Made by a program: the position numbers and the translations under genes
The notes under the pieces: model-generated
Database searches by the model: none
Seen by the model: the letters and a program-made list of their open reading frames with translations, nothing else
What the model was told of the DNA's origin: nothing
Part shown: piece by piece, positions 17,910-26,867 of the stretch
Numbering within the stretch: position 1 is the stretch's first letter
How the letters are laid out: each line of letters begins with the position of its first letter
DNA from: a virus
Lineage: Duplodnaviria > Heunggongvirae > Uroviricota > Caudoviricetes
DNA: 37,579 bases
Virus record (IMG/VR): IMGVR_UViG_2541047812_000004
Location: 1-37,579 of that record
Strand: one strand, 5' to 3'

Positions 17910-18405
17910 ACGCTGCCTTGTCGGGGCCGTGCTGGCTATTGCTGCCACGCTGCCGGGTTTTCAGCAGCTTCACACCTCCGTGGAGGGGCTGAAACTGATT
18001 GCCGATTACGAGGGCTGTCGTCTGCAGCCGTATCAGTGCAGCGCGGGTGTCTGGACCGACGGCATTGGTAATACATCGGGCGTCATTCCAGGCAAAACCA
18101 TTACGGAACGACAGGCAGCGGAAGGGCTGATCTCCAATGTGCTGCGTGTGGAGCGGGCACTGGAAAGGTGTGTGAAACAACAGCCGCCGCAAAAGGTGTA
18201 TGACGCGGTGGTGTCGTTTGCCTTCAACGTGGGAACGGGCAATGCCTGCAGTTCCACGCTGGTGAAATTGCTCAACCAGCGGCGCTGGGCGGATGCGTGC
18301 CGACAGTTGCCGCGCTGGGTTTATGTGAAAGGTGTGTTTAATCAGGGGCTGGATAACCGCCGTGCGCGGGAGATGGCCTGGTGCCTTAAAAGAGCTGGAC
18401 TATGA
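17890..18405 (+). CDS. SAR-type endolysin (T4-lysozyme-like muramidase with N-terminal signal-anchor-release segment)
   Basis: N-terminal weakly hydrophobic Gly/Ala-rich segment (CLVGAVLAIAATLPG) followed by catalytic E-x8-C/D-x5-T region (YEGCRLQPYQCSAGVWTDGIGNT). Confidence 0.75.
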   Translation: MNPSIVKRCLVGAVLAIAATLPGFQQLHTSVEGLKLIADYEGCRLQPYQCSAGVWTDGIGNTSGVIPGKTITERQAAEGLISNVLRVERALERCVKQQPPQKVYDAVVSFAFNVGTGNACSSTLVKLLNQRRWADACRQLPRWVYVKGVFNQGLDNRRAREMAWCLKRAGL

Positions 18406-18830
18406 CGCGTGCGCTGGCAGTAGTGGTGGCGCTGGCACTCGTTACGCTGGGCTGGCAGTCGTGGCGGCTTAACAGCGCCAGCCACACCATCGAAACGCAG
18501 CGCGCGGCGCTGAAAAGTAAAGCGCAAGAACTGACGAAGAAAAACAGCCAGCTGATCGGTCTGTCCATTCTGGTTGAAACCAACAACCGGGAGCAGGCGC
18601 GGCTCTACGCTGAAGCAGAACAGACCAGCGCACTGCTGAGACAACGACAACGCCGGATCGAGGAACTGAAACGTGAGAACGAGGATTTACGCCGCTGGGC
18701 TGATACTCCTTTGCCTGCTGACATTATCCGGCTGCGGGAACGTCCGGCACTCACCGGAGGTGCAGCTTACCGTCAGTGGTTGTCCGCGAGTGACGCCGTG
18801 TCGGCTGGAGCAGGCAGCGCCGCGCACTAA
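18402..18830 (+). CDS. lysB: Spanin inner-membrane subunit (LysB / Rz-like)
   Basis: N-terminal TM segment then coiled-coil-like charged region; position after the endolysin. Confidence 0.75.
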   Translation: MTRALAVVVALALVTLGWQSWRLNSASHTIETQRAALKSKAQELTKKNSQLIGLSILVETNNREQARLYAEAEQTSALLRQRQRRIEELKRENEDLRRWADTPLPADIIRLRERPALTGGAAYRQWLSASDAVSAGAGSAAH

Positions 18831-18963
18831 CGGTGATCTGAACGCATTGCTGGATGAAACGGAGGCCGCCTGGGCGGTCTGTGCAGACAAAGTGGACATG
18901 ATTATTGCGTGTCAGGAGCGAAACAGTGAACAAACCACAGTCCCTGCGCCACGCCCTCAATAA
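18673..18963 (+). CDS. lysC: Spanin outer-membrane lipoprotein subunit (LysC / Rz1-like)
   Basis: GTG start; lipobox LLTLSGC; begins inside lysB in another frame, as in P2 lysB/lysC. Confidence 0.7.
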   Translation: MRTRIYAAGLILLCLLTLSGCGNVRHSPEVQLTVSGCPRVTPCRLEQAAPRTNGDLNALLDETEAAWAVCADKVDMIIACQERNSEQTTVPAPRPQ

Positions 18964-19357
18964 AGCGGTGCCTTATGTCCGCAATAATCCGGACAAACTG
19001 CATCTGTTTGTGGATAACGGTTCGCTGGTTGCTACGGGGGCCAGCTCCATGTCATGGGAGTACCGTTACACCCTGAACGTGGTGATTGAGGATTTCAGCG
19101 GCGACCAGAATCTGCTGATGGCCCCGGTTTTGCTGTGGCTGCGGGATAACCAGCCCGATGCCATCAATAACCCAGCGTTACGGGAAAAGTTATTCACCTT
19201 TGAGGTGGATATTCTGCGCAATGATGTCTGTGATATCAGCCTGAACCTGCAACTGACGGAGCGTGTGCTGGTCAGCACTGACGGCAGTGTGTCGAGTGTT
19301 GAAGCTGTAGCGGAACCCGATGAACCTGAAGAAATGTGGACGGTAAAACGTGGCTGA
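18926..19357 (+). CDS. R: Tail completion protein (P2 gpR-like)
   Basis: Similar to recalled P2 gpR (FVDNGS..., YRYTLNVV..., PVLLWLRDNQPD). Start placed at GTG 18926 with AGGAG RBS; ORF-track start 18905 is a TTG. Confidence 0.75.
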   Translation: MNKPQSLRHALNKAVPYVRNNPDKLHLFVDNGSLVATGASSMSWEYRYTLNVVIEDFSGDQNLLMAPVLLWLRDNQPDAINNPALREKLFTFEVDILRNDVCDISLNLQLTERVLVSTDGSVSSVEAVAEPDEPEEMWTVKRG

Positions 19358-19796
19358 ACTGCAGAAGGTGGACGACTGGCTGAGTGCCTTGCTGGCGAAT
19401 CTGGAGCCAGCCGCAAGAAGCCGCATGATGCGCCAGCTGGCGCAGGAACTACGCCGGACACAGCAGCAGAATATCAGAATGCAGCGCAATCCAGATGGCA
19501 GCAGTTATGAACCGCGACGGGTAACAGCACGCAGCAAAAAAGGCCGCATCAAACGTCAGATGTTTACAAAGCTGCGCACCACAAAATACCTGAAAACTGC
19601 CGCCAGCGCCGACTCTGCCAGCGTGCAGTTTGAAGGCAAGGTACAGCGCATTGCCCGTGTTCACCATTACGGCCTGCGTGATCGCGTCAGTCGCAAAGGA
19701 CCGGAGGTCCGTTACGCAGAGCGTCGCCTGCTGGGTGTAAATGATGATTTATACTTTTTAACACGCCGCATTTTATTGCAATGGTTGGCGAGGTAG
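19350..19796 (+). CDS. S: Tail completion protein (P2 gpS-like)
   Basis: GTG start overlapping R stop; size about 148 aa as for P2 S. The last ~20 codons run into the AT-rich cargo boundary. Confidence 0.75.
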   Translation: MAELQKVDDWLSALLANLEPAARSRMMRQLAQELRRTQQQNIRMQRNPDGSSYEPRRVTARSKKGRIKRQMFTKLRTTKYLKTAASADSASVQFEGKVQRIARVHHYGLRDRVSRKGPEVRYAERRLLGVNDDLYFLTRRILLQWLAR

Positions 19797-19853
19797 AGTT
19801 GGTTGACTTTTTGTAGTTCCTACTCTAACCTCACCGATTGATTTTAGGTTATA

Positions 19854-21608
19854 TCAATCCCAAAATAAATTATTATTAATATTGCTCATATCGAAAGTGA
19901 AGTTCTTTTCTGTAATAGTTTCGTACCTTTGTTCATAGATTATTTTTACATATCTAAACCCCTGTGTTACAGAGCGAATTTTTCGGGGTTTTGATGCAAG
20001 CATAACAAGTATTTCAAATACTTTATCAAGATAGTTGTGGGTGTGTTCAACTAAAAGGGGGGTAAATTTACCACCTTTTCCAGAATGGACTATGTTATTT
20101 CTTGTTCTATAAATTCTTCTGAGTTGCCATTCTAATCTTAACTTATGGTTATCTAAAGTTGATTTAATTGACTCCGGGGATGAAACTATGTTTTTTATAT
20201 ACTCGAAACGATCTGAAAGCAATGTGTAATCACGAAATTTAGCGGATAAAGATTCCCTTACTGATTCGTATTCAGGAAGAATCATTATATTGGCTAGTTT
20301 GTGTTTCGCTTTTGCTCCAGGTATTCCTTTTAAATGTGAGTTTAGTATGTGTCTATTCCATAACAGCAGGTCTCGGGTAAGGTTGTCAATTAAGGAGTCT
20401 ATATATGTAATATTCAGGAATGGAATTATACTTGCAGTAATATGTTCTATTGTTGCTTGATCCTTGGATTTAGTGTCTGTCGGCACTAATGATTCAAGAG
20501 CTATCCATAGATTTAAAAGCTGATTTTCAACATTTTCACTTTTTAATGCCATTGAATGTAATTGAATACTTCTCAAGAACTTGGCAAATGAACTATTTTC
20601 TAGAGAAAACTCAGACATCAATGATTCAAGACGTTTCTTGGCCTTTTCATGCTTTAAGTCCTTGCATTTTTTCATGGGGTTAAGTCTTTCAGCCACTTTC
20701 AAAGAGTCTGTATCAGTTATAACGAAAGCTTCATTTGACCAAGTAGGTTTATCTTTATGATGATAAATATTTAAAAAGGATGATGCTAATTTAAGTAGGT
20801 TTTCAGCATTCTCTCTTGCTGAATAAGAATCAAAAGCTTCTATATTTGATACGCAAACTATCTTCTTTCGTTGCAGATTTCTAAAAAAAACATGTTGGGA
20901 AAATTCTTCTGGTGGTTCTTTCTCAACAGACAAAGAGAGTCTTTCGAAAGTTGGCTCTGCGCCTAAAAACACTGGTTCAACAATAAAATATATTTTGTAT
21001 TTCTTTTTTTCGAGTTTTATTAAATCAAAAAAAGAAGAGACATCAGTGTTATTTGATATTTTATTATTCCCATAATAAAAAAATTGCTGGGTTAAATTCT
21101 TAAGATTATGTTGGCTAAAGCCAATGTAGAGTAATAAACTGATATAATTTCTTGTTAGCTTGCGTATGATGCTTCTTTCCCAGTTAGGGGATGATAACTC
21201 TTGGGTGATAAGTTCTTCACTTTTTTCTTTATATAATTTGGGTGGTAATTGAATGACCAGCATTTCAATTATTGAGCTTCTCTCTTTAGGGCTTATGTTA
21301 GTATTTTTTAGTTTGTTGAGAAAAGCTTGGTAAGCATCGCCTAATAAATCTTGTGCTACTTTATCACATGACAAGTTATGTATTAATTCTGCGGTTAAAT
21401 GTTCAATATTTTTAGGCTGAATAATACCATCCTCAACATCTTTAATTGTATTTAAAGTTTCTACTCCAATTGTTGGGGTATTCATCACTGAGGGTTTGTA
21501 TGTGTCCAGTGTATAGTCAAATAGCATTTCATCCAGTAATTGCGCAAAATATACTAGTGCTTTACAAGTGTCTGGGCAATCCCATTTATACAAAGAACGA
21601 AATTTCAT
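19854..21608 (-). CDS. Large AT-rich cargo protein (584 aa) with C-terminal HEPN-like Rx4-6H motif; candidate abortive-infection/defence protein
   Basis: Uninterrupted 584-codon ORF, ATG at 21608, opposite strand to flanking S and V, in the P2 orf30 position. C-terminal segment RRIYRTRNNIVHSG fits the HEPN Rx4-6H signature. Confidence 0.7.
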   Translation of the reverse strand: MKFRSLYKWDCPDTCKALVYFAQLLDEMLFDYTLDTYKPSVMNTPTIGVETLNTIKDVEDGIIQPKNIEHLTAELIHNLSCDKVAQDLLGDAYQAFLNKLKNTNISPKERSSIIEMLVIQLPPKLYKEKSEELITQELSSPNWERSIIRKLTRNYISLLLYIGFSQHNLKNLTQQFFYYGNNKISNNTDVSSFFDLIKLEKKKYKIYFIVEPVFLGAEPTFERLSLSVEKEPPEEFSQHVFFRNLQRKKIVCVSNIEAFDSYSARENAENLLKLASSFLNIYHHKDKPTWSNEAFVITDTDSLKVAERLNPMKKCKDLKHEKAKKRLESLMSEFSLENSSFAKFLRSIQLHSMALKSENVENQLLNLWIALESLVPTDTKSKDQATIEHITASIIPFLNITYIDSLIDNLTRDLLLWNRHILNSHLKGIPGAKAKHKLANIMILPEYESVRESLSAKFRDYTLLSDRFEYIKNIVSSPESIKSTLDNHKLRLEWQLRRIYRTRNNIVHSGKGGKFTPLLVEHTHNYLDKVFEILVMLASKPRKIRSVTQGFRYVKIIYEQRYETITEKNFTFDMSNINNNLFWD

Positions 21609-21624
21609 TTTTGTTATTCCATAT

Positions 21625-21642
21625 TGTAAGACCGCTCATACA
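21625..21642. promoter_or_regulatory. Ogr-type late promoter activator site (TGT-N12-ACA) upstream of V
   Basis: tgtaagaccgctcataca = TGT-N12-ACA, about 47 bp upstream of the V ATG. Confidence 0.55.
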
Positions 21643-21688
21643 AATACATATGTTTTAAGATAAATGCAAGATGTTGAATCATTGCCCT

Positions 21689-22267
21689 ATGAACGCACAA
21701 CTAACCGAAATCATGCGCCTTATCACCAACCTGATCCGCACTGGGGTAGTCACCGAAGTGGACAGGGAAAACTGGCTTTGCCGGGTGAAAACGGGCGAGC
21801 TTGAAACCAACTGGATCAGCTGGCTGACGCTGCGTGCCGGGAATGCCCGCACATGGTGGCGACCATCGGAAGGTGAGCAGGTTGTGCTGCTGAGTCTGGG
21901 CGGCAATCTGGAAACCGCCTTTGCGCTGCCCGCTGTCTATTCGAATCAGTTCGCACCACCGTCTACGTCGGCGGACGCCTGCGTGACAGAACATCCTGAC
22001 GGCGCCTGGTTTGAATACGAACCCGCCACCGGGCGCTGGTATGTCAGGGGCATCAAATCAATGGTCATTGAGGCCGCTGACAACATCACCATGAAAACCA
22101 GTGAGTTTGTGCTGGAGGCTGACCGCACGCGTATTAACAGCGAAGTGGTGATCAATGGTGGCGTTACCCAGGGCGGCGGAGCGATGAGTTCTAACGGGAT
22201 CGTGGTTGATGCGCATCAGCATACTGGCGTTCTGAAAGGCGGCGACACAACCGGAGGCCCGGTATGA
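21689..22267 (+). CDS. V: Baseplate spike protein (P2 gpV-like)
   Basis: MNAQLTEIMRLITNLIRTGVVTEVD... parallels recalled P2 gpV N-terminus; start placed at ATG 21689. Confidence 0.85.
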   Translation: MNAQLTEIMRLITNLIRTGVVTEVDRENWLCRVKTGELETNWISWLTLRAGNARTWWRPSEGEQVVLLSLGGNLETAFALPAVYSNQFAPPSTSADACVTEHPDGAWFEYEPATGRWYVRGIKSMVIEAADNITMKTSEFVLEADRTRINSEVVINGGVTQGGGAMSSNGIVVDAHQHTGVLKGGDTTGGPV

Positions 22268-22623
22268 CGCTTTATAGCGGGATGAACAATACCAGCGGCA
22301 AAGCCATTACTGATATTGACCATCTGCGCCAGTCGGTGCGGGACATTCTGCTGACGCCGCAGGGTAGCCGCATTGCTCGCCGGGAATATGGTTCCCTGCT
22401 GTCGGCTTTAATAGATCAGCCACAAAATCCGGCGTTACGCCTGCAGGTCATGTCGGCTGTGTATGTGGCACTGAGTCGCTGGGAGCCACGGCTGACGCTG
22501 GATTCCATCACCATCAACAGCAATTTTGACGGTTCAATGGTGGTGGAGCTGACCGGGCGGCGGAATAACGGTGTGCCTGTGTCCCTTTCCGTATCAACAG
22601 GAGCAGAGAATGGCAGTGATTGA
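22264..22623 (+). CDS. W: Baseplate protein (P2 gpW-like)
   Basis: 119 aa, overlapping start/stop with V; gene order. Confidence 0.85.
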   Translation: MTLYSGMNNTSGKAITDIDHLRQSVRDILLTPQGSRIARREYGSLLSALIDQPQNPALRLQVMSAVYVALSRWEPRLTLDSITINSNFDGSMVVELTGRRNNGVPVSLSVSTGAENGSD

Positions 22624-23518
22624 CCTTTCGCAGTTGCCTGCGCCGCAGATTGTGGATGTGCCGAACTTTGAGACGCTGCTTGCCGAACGCAAGGCAGAAT
22701 TTGTGGCGCTTCATCCGAAAGATGAGCAGGAGGCTGTGATCCGCACGCTGGAACTGGAATCTGAACCCGTCACCAAATTGCTGCAGGAGAACGCTTACCG
22801 TGAGTTGCTTCTGCGCCAGCGCATTAACGAAGCCGCGCAGGCGGTGATGGTGGCTTACGCGATGGGCGGCGATCTGGACCAGCTCGCTGCCAACTACAAC
22901 GTGAAACGCCTGACGGTGACGACTGCTGATGATGACGCTGTGCCGCCCGTTGCAGCTGTGATGGAAAGCGATGAAGCGTTACGCCTGCGTGTGCCTGCAG
23001 CCTTTGAGGGGCTTTCAGTTGCGGGGCCAACTGCAGCTTATGAATTTCATGCCCGAAGCGCCGACGGTCGGGTGGCGGATGCCAGTGCAACCAGCCCGGC
23101 ACCTGCAGAGGTGGTGCTGACTGTCCTTAGCCGCGAAGGCGATGGAACAGCAGAAAAAGACCTGCTGGATGTGGTGGAGAAAGCCCTGAACAGTGAGAAC
23201 GTCCGCCCGGTGGCTGACCGTCTGACGGTTCGCAGTGCAGAAATCATCCCGTACCGCGTGGAAGCTACCATTTTTCTCTATCCGGGGCCGGAAGCAGAGC
23301 CGGTAATGGCAGCGGCAAAAGCCAGCCTGCAGAGGTACATTGCCAGTCAGACGCGGCTTGGTCGGGATATTCGCCGTAGCGCCATTTTTGCCGCGCTGCA
23401 TGTTGAGGGTGTTCAGCGTGTGGAACTGGCTTCCCCGCTGGCGGATGTGGTCCTGAACAAAACGCAGGCGGCATCATGTACGGAGTGGAGCGTGACCAAC
23501 GGGGGAACGGATGAATAG
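22610..23518 (+). CDS. J: Baseplate wedge protein (P2 gpJ-like)
   Basis: ATG at 22610 (MAVIDLSQLPAP...), 302 aa as in P2 J. Confidence 0.85.
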   Translation: MAVIDLSQLPAPQIVDVPNFETLLAERKAEFVALHPKDEQEAVIRTLELESEPVTKLLQENAYRELLLRQRINEAAQAVMVAYAMGGDLDQLAANYNVKRLTVTTADDDAVPPVAAVMESDEALRLRVPAAFEGLSVAGPTAAYEFHARSADGRVADASATSPAPAEVVLTVLSREGDGTAEKDLLDVVEKALNSENVRPVADRLTVRSAEIIPYRVEATIFLYPGPEAEPVMAAAKASLQRYIASQTRLGRDIRRSAIFAALHVEGVQRVELASPLADVVLNKTQAASCTEWSVTNGGTDE

Positions 23519-24116
23519 TCTGCTGCCACCGGGTTCAACACCACTGGAGCGCCGACTGGCACAAACCTGCAGCGGGATTTCTGATCTGCAGGTGCCGCTT
23601 CGTGACTTGTGGAATCCGGCAACCTGTCCGGTCAGTTTCCTGCCTTATCTCGCCTGGGCGTTCTCTGTGGATCGCTGGGACGAGGGCTGGACAGAAAGCG
23701 TCAAGCGCCAGGTGGTGAAGGATGCTTTTTATATTCATCAGCATAAAGGGACCACCAGTGCCGTGCGGCGGGTGGTGGAGCCGTTCGGCTTTCTGATCCG
23801 CATTATTGAGTGGTGGCAAACCGGAGAGGCACCGGGCACGTTTCGCCTGGATATCGGCGTGCAGGACCAGGGCATCACTGAAGATACCTATCTGGAACTT
23901 GAGCGACTGATAAGCGATGCCAAACCATGTAGCCGCCACATGATCGGCATGTCCATCAATCTGCAGACCAGCGGCCCGCATTGGGTGGGAGCCGCCAGCT
24001 ATCTTGGCGAAGAAATCACGATCTATCCGTATATCAACGAAACGATTATTTCCGGTGGCACCGCGCATGAAGGCGGGGCGGTCCATGTTATTGACACAAT
24101 GAGAGTGAATCCATGA
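23511..24116 (+). CDS. I: Baseplate protein (P2 gpI-like)
   Basis: Position between J and H; overlapping starts and stops. Confidence 0.8.
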   Translation: MNSLLPPGSTPLERRLAQTCSGISDLQVPLRDLWNPATCPVSFLPYLAWAFSVDRWDEGWTESVKRQVVKDAFYIHQHKGTTSAVRRVVEPFGFLIRIIEWWQTGEAPGTFRLDIGVQDQGITEDTYLELERLISDAKPCSRHMIGMSINLQTSGPHWVGAASYLGEEITIYPYINETIISGGTAHEGGAVHVIDTMRVNP

Positions 24117-25699
24117 GCACAAAATTTTATACCCTGCTAACGGATATTGGCGCGGCGAAACTTGCCAGCGCCGCCGCGCTCGGTGTGCCGCTAAAAATTA
24201 CCCATATGGCGGTGGGCGATGGCGGCGGAGTATTGCCAACGCCGGACGCCAAGCAGACGGCACTGGTAAATGAGAAACGCCGGGCTGCGCTGAATATGCT
24301 TTATATCGACCCGCAGAACAGTAGCCAGATTATTGCTGAACAGGTGATCCCTGAAAACGAGGGCGGTTGGTGGATACGTGAAGTGGGCCTGTTTGATGAG
24401 TCCGGGGCATTGATTGCCGTGGGAAACTGCCCGGAAAGCTATAAGCCGAAACTGGCTGAAGGCAGCGGGCGTACCCAGACCGTGCGCATGGTGCTGATTA
24501 CCAGCAGTACGGACAATATCATCCTGAAAATCGACCCTGCTGTAGTGCTGGCAACCCGTAAATACGTGGATGATAAAGTCCTGGAATTAAAGCTGTATGT
24601 GGATGACCAGATGAGAAACCACATTGCCGCACAAGATCCTCATACCCAGTATGCGCAGAAACATAATCCGACATTTACCGGAGAACCAAAAGCGCCGACG
24701 CCTGCAGCAGGAAATAACACCACTCGGATTGCGACCACAGAGTTTGTTCAGGCCGCTATTACTGCTCTGATTAACGGTGCGCCAGCCACGCTGGACACAC
24801 TGAAAGAAATTGCCGCAGCCATTAACAATGACCCGAAATTCAGTACCACTATTAATAATGCGCTGGCACTGAAAGCGCCGCTGTCGAGTCCGGCACTTAC
24901 TGGAACGCCAACAGCACCTACTGCGGCACAGTCGGTCAACAATACACAGATTGCCACTACGGCTTTTGTGAAATCGGCGATTGCAGGAATGGTGGGTTCT
25001 GCACCTGCGGCACTGGATACATTGAACGAACTGGCGGCGGCGCTGGGGAATGACCCGAACTTTGCCACGACAATGCTTAATGCACTGGCAGGTAAACAAC
25101 CGCTGGACAATACGCTGACTAATTTGAGTGGAAAGGATGTAGCTGGTCTTCTCACATACCTTGGTTTGGGAGAAGGCTCTGCATTACCGGTTGGGGTGCC
25201 TGTTCCGTGGCCTTCAGCCACTCCGCCAACAGGCTGGCTGAAATGCAATGGTGCGGCTTTTTCTGCTGAAGAATACCCGGAACTGGCAAAGGCTTACCCG
25301 ACCAATAAATTGCCTGATTTACGCGGTGAATTTATTCGTGGCTGGGATGATGGACGTGGAGTGGATGCGGGGCGAGCCTTGCTAAGTCTTCAGGATGACT
25401 CTTTTGAAGCTCACAGGCATGAGTCCTTTTTTTACGCGGGTATTTCACGCAATGAAACACCATTAAAAAATCTTCCAAGTTCAGACGAGATGCTGACTTT
25501 AAGTTCCACAACTAATGCCTTGTCCCCGGACAGTATTGATGCCACCAATTCGTTAATTGGTAATGATGATTACAACTGTCTGATTGAAGGAAATAAAAAT
25601 AACAAACGAACGGCAACGGGGTTGAGTACCAGTATTGTCGGTGCAGCAGAGACACGCCCACGTAATATTTCATTTAATTACATTGTGAGGGCTGCATGA
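24113..25699 (+). CDS. H: Tail fibre protein (P2 gpH-like), C-terminus inside an invertible segment
   Basis: Repeated fibre motifs (APATLDTLKEIAAAINNDP / APAALDTLNELAAALGNDP) and C-terminal LPDLRGEFIRGWDDGRGVD motif; the crossover site lies within the gene at 25149-25174. Confidence 0.85.
   Translation: MSTKFYTLLTDIGAAKLASAAALGVPLKITHMAVGDGGGVLPTPDAKQTALVNEKRRAALNMLYIDPQNSSQIIAEQVIPENEGGWWIREVGLFDESGALIAVGNCPESYKPKLAEGSGRTQTVRMVLITSSTDNIILKIDPAVVLATRKYVDDKVLELKLYVDDQMRNHIAAQDPHTQYAQKHNPTFTGEPKAPTPAAGNNTTRIATTEFVQAAITALINGAPATLDTLKEIAAAINNDPKFSTTINNALALKAPLSSPALTGTPTAPTAAQSVNNTQIATTAFVKSAIAGMVGSAPAALDTLNELAAALGNDPNFATTMLNALAGKQPLDNTLTNLSGKDVAGLLTYLGLGEGSALPVGVPVPWPSATPPTGWLKCNGAAFSAEEYPELAKAYPTNKLPDLRGEFIRGWDDGRGVDAGRALLSLQDDSFEAHRHESFFYAGISRNETPLKNLPSSDEMLTLSSTTNALSPDSIDATNSLIGNDDYNCLIEGNKNNKRTATGLSTSIVGAAETRPRNISFNYIVRAA
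25149..25174. repeat. hix/gix-like recombination site (left crossover site of invertible tail-fibre segment)
   Basis: ttctcacatacc-tt-ggtttgggagaa; 26-bp site with imperfect dyad symmetry; its right half is the exact reverse complement of the left half of the site at 26787-26812. Confidence 0.65.
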
Positions 25700-26304
25700 T
25701 GTATAACGCCATCTTAAATAATAAATTTATTGCCACAAAGGCAGGAGAGATTACCGTTTATAACTATGACAGTGAGACACGGGAGTATATTTCTGCATCA
25801 ATTGAATATCTTGCTGTGGGTGTCGGTATCCCCGCATATTCCTGTTTAGATGCTCCTGGCACACATAAGGATGGTTATGCAATCTGCCGTTCGGCAGATT
25901 TTAACTCATGGGAATATGTGCCAGACCATCGCGGTGAAGTTGTCTATAACACCGAAACGGGAGAATCAAAAGAAATCACAGCTCCGGGGGATTACCCTGA
26001 TAATACAACCACTATCGCCCCGTTAACGCTATACGATAAATGGGATGGTGAGAAATGGGTGACGGATACCGAGGCACAGCATAGCGCCGCAGTAGATGCA
26101 GCAGAAGCACAGCGCCAGTCGCTGATGGATACTGCAATGGCTTCCATCAATCTGATTCAACTGAAATTACAGGCCGGACGGAGTCTGACGCAGGCAGAAA
26201 CCAACCGACTTAACACGGTGCTGAATTACATTGACGCAGTGACGGCAACAGATACCAGCACCGCGCCTGATATTATTTGGCCTGTATTCCCTGAGACTGA
26301 TTAA
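25696..26304 (+). CDS. G: Tail fibre assembly protein (P2 gpG-like)
   Basis: Tfa-type N-terminus (MMYNAILNNKFI...) and C-terminal WPVFP; overlaps H stop. Confidence 0.8.
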   Translation: MMYNAILNNKFIATKAGEITVYNYDSETREYISASIEYLAVGVGIPAYSCLDAPGTHKDGYAICRSADFNSWEYVPDHRGEVVYNTETGESKEITAPGDYPDNTTTIAPLTLYDKWDGEKWVTDTEAQHSAAVDAAEAQRQSLMDTAMASINLIQLKLQAGRSLTQAETNRLNTVLNYIDAVTATDTSTAPDIIWPVFPETD

Positions 26305-26533
26305 CCTCAATTAGTATTGGTTCGCCTTTCTCATTAATTGTTAGCTCCATGCCCTGAGGAATTTCTGTAATAGTAAAAAACCAGTTGTCCTCCGGTAATT
26401 CAATAGCCCCGGTCACGTCATGAAGACCGGGGATTACTTCAGTCAAAGTAACTGGATTAAACAGGCGCACAATAAACCCTCCAGGAAAAAGCATTTGATG
26501 ATGGTCTGCCGTCGTACATCTGGCAGCGGGCAT
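26273..26533 (-). CDS. Possible alternative tail-fibre assembly gene (inverted cassette, may be truncated)
   Basis: Convergent with G, overlapping at the 3' ends, inside the invertible segment; only 86 aa and it overlaps the alternative fibre cassette, so integrity is doubtful. Confidence 0.35.
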   Translation of the reverse strand: MPAARCTTADHHQMLFPGGFIVRLFNPVTLTEVIPGLHDVTGAIELPEDNWFFTITEIPQGMELTINEKGEPILIEVNQSQGIQAK

Positions 26534-26786
26534 AAAAGCCGGTATTTGTTACCTGATCATCCACGATCATTGAAACGTGAACATTATTAGGTGTGCTCTC
26601 GTAATCCGTTCTTATTCTTTCCGCGATACTGATAAAACGTGAAAGTTTAGGCAGTGCAATTGGGTAAACAACTTTAGCCAGTCCATTATCATTAGATCCA
26701 CCGGTTCCAAATACTTCTATTGCACCATCTGACCAGCGTATCCATGCACCATTGGCATTAGCTCCTCGCTGAATGACATATCTGGC
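26457..26786 (-). other. Alternative tail-fibre C-terminal cassette (promoterless, fused to H only after inversion)
   Basis: Minus-strand frame reads through the right crossover site (FLNVGLGE...) and continues about 110 codons; it shares the LGLGE junction with H at the left site; no independent RBS or start expected. Confidence 0.55.
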
Positions 26787-26812
26787 TTCTCCCAAACCAA
26801 CGTTTAAGAAAA
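26787..26812. repeat. hix/gix-like recombination site (right crossover site)
   Basis: ttctcccaaacc-aa-cgtttaagaaaa; inverted relative to the site at 25149-25174 (shared 12-bp half-site ggtttgggagaa on opposite strands). Confidence 0.65.
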
Positions 26813-26867
26813 TGCAGCGATTACGACTAACTGGCATCATCCCCGATTTTTATTCAAGGAGATGATC

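Noticed and set aside
19787-19835. Imperfect inverted repeat between S and the convergent cargo gene (possible bidirectional terminator)
   Set aside because: Stem needs a mismatch and a bulge and has a loop of about 20 nt; too weak to call without folding energies.
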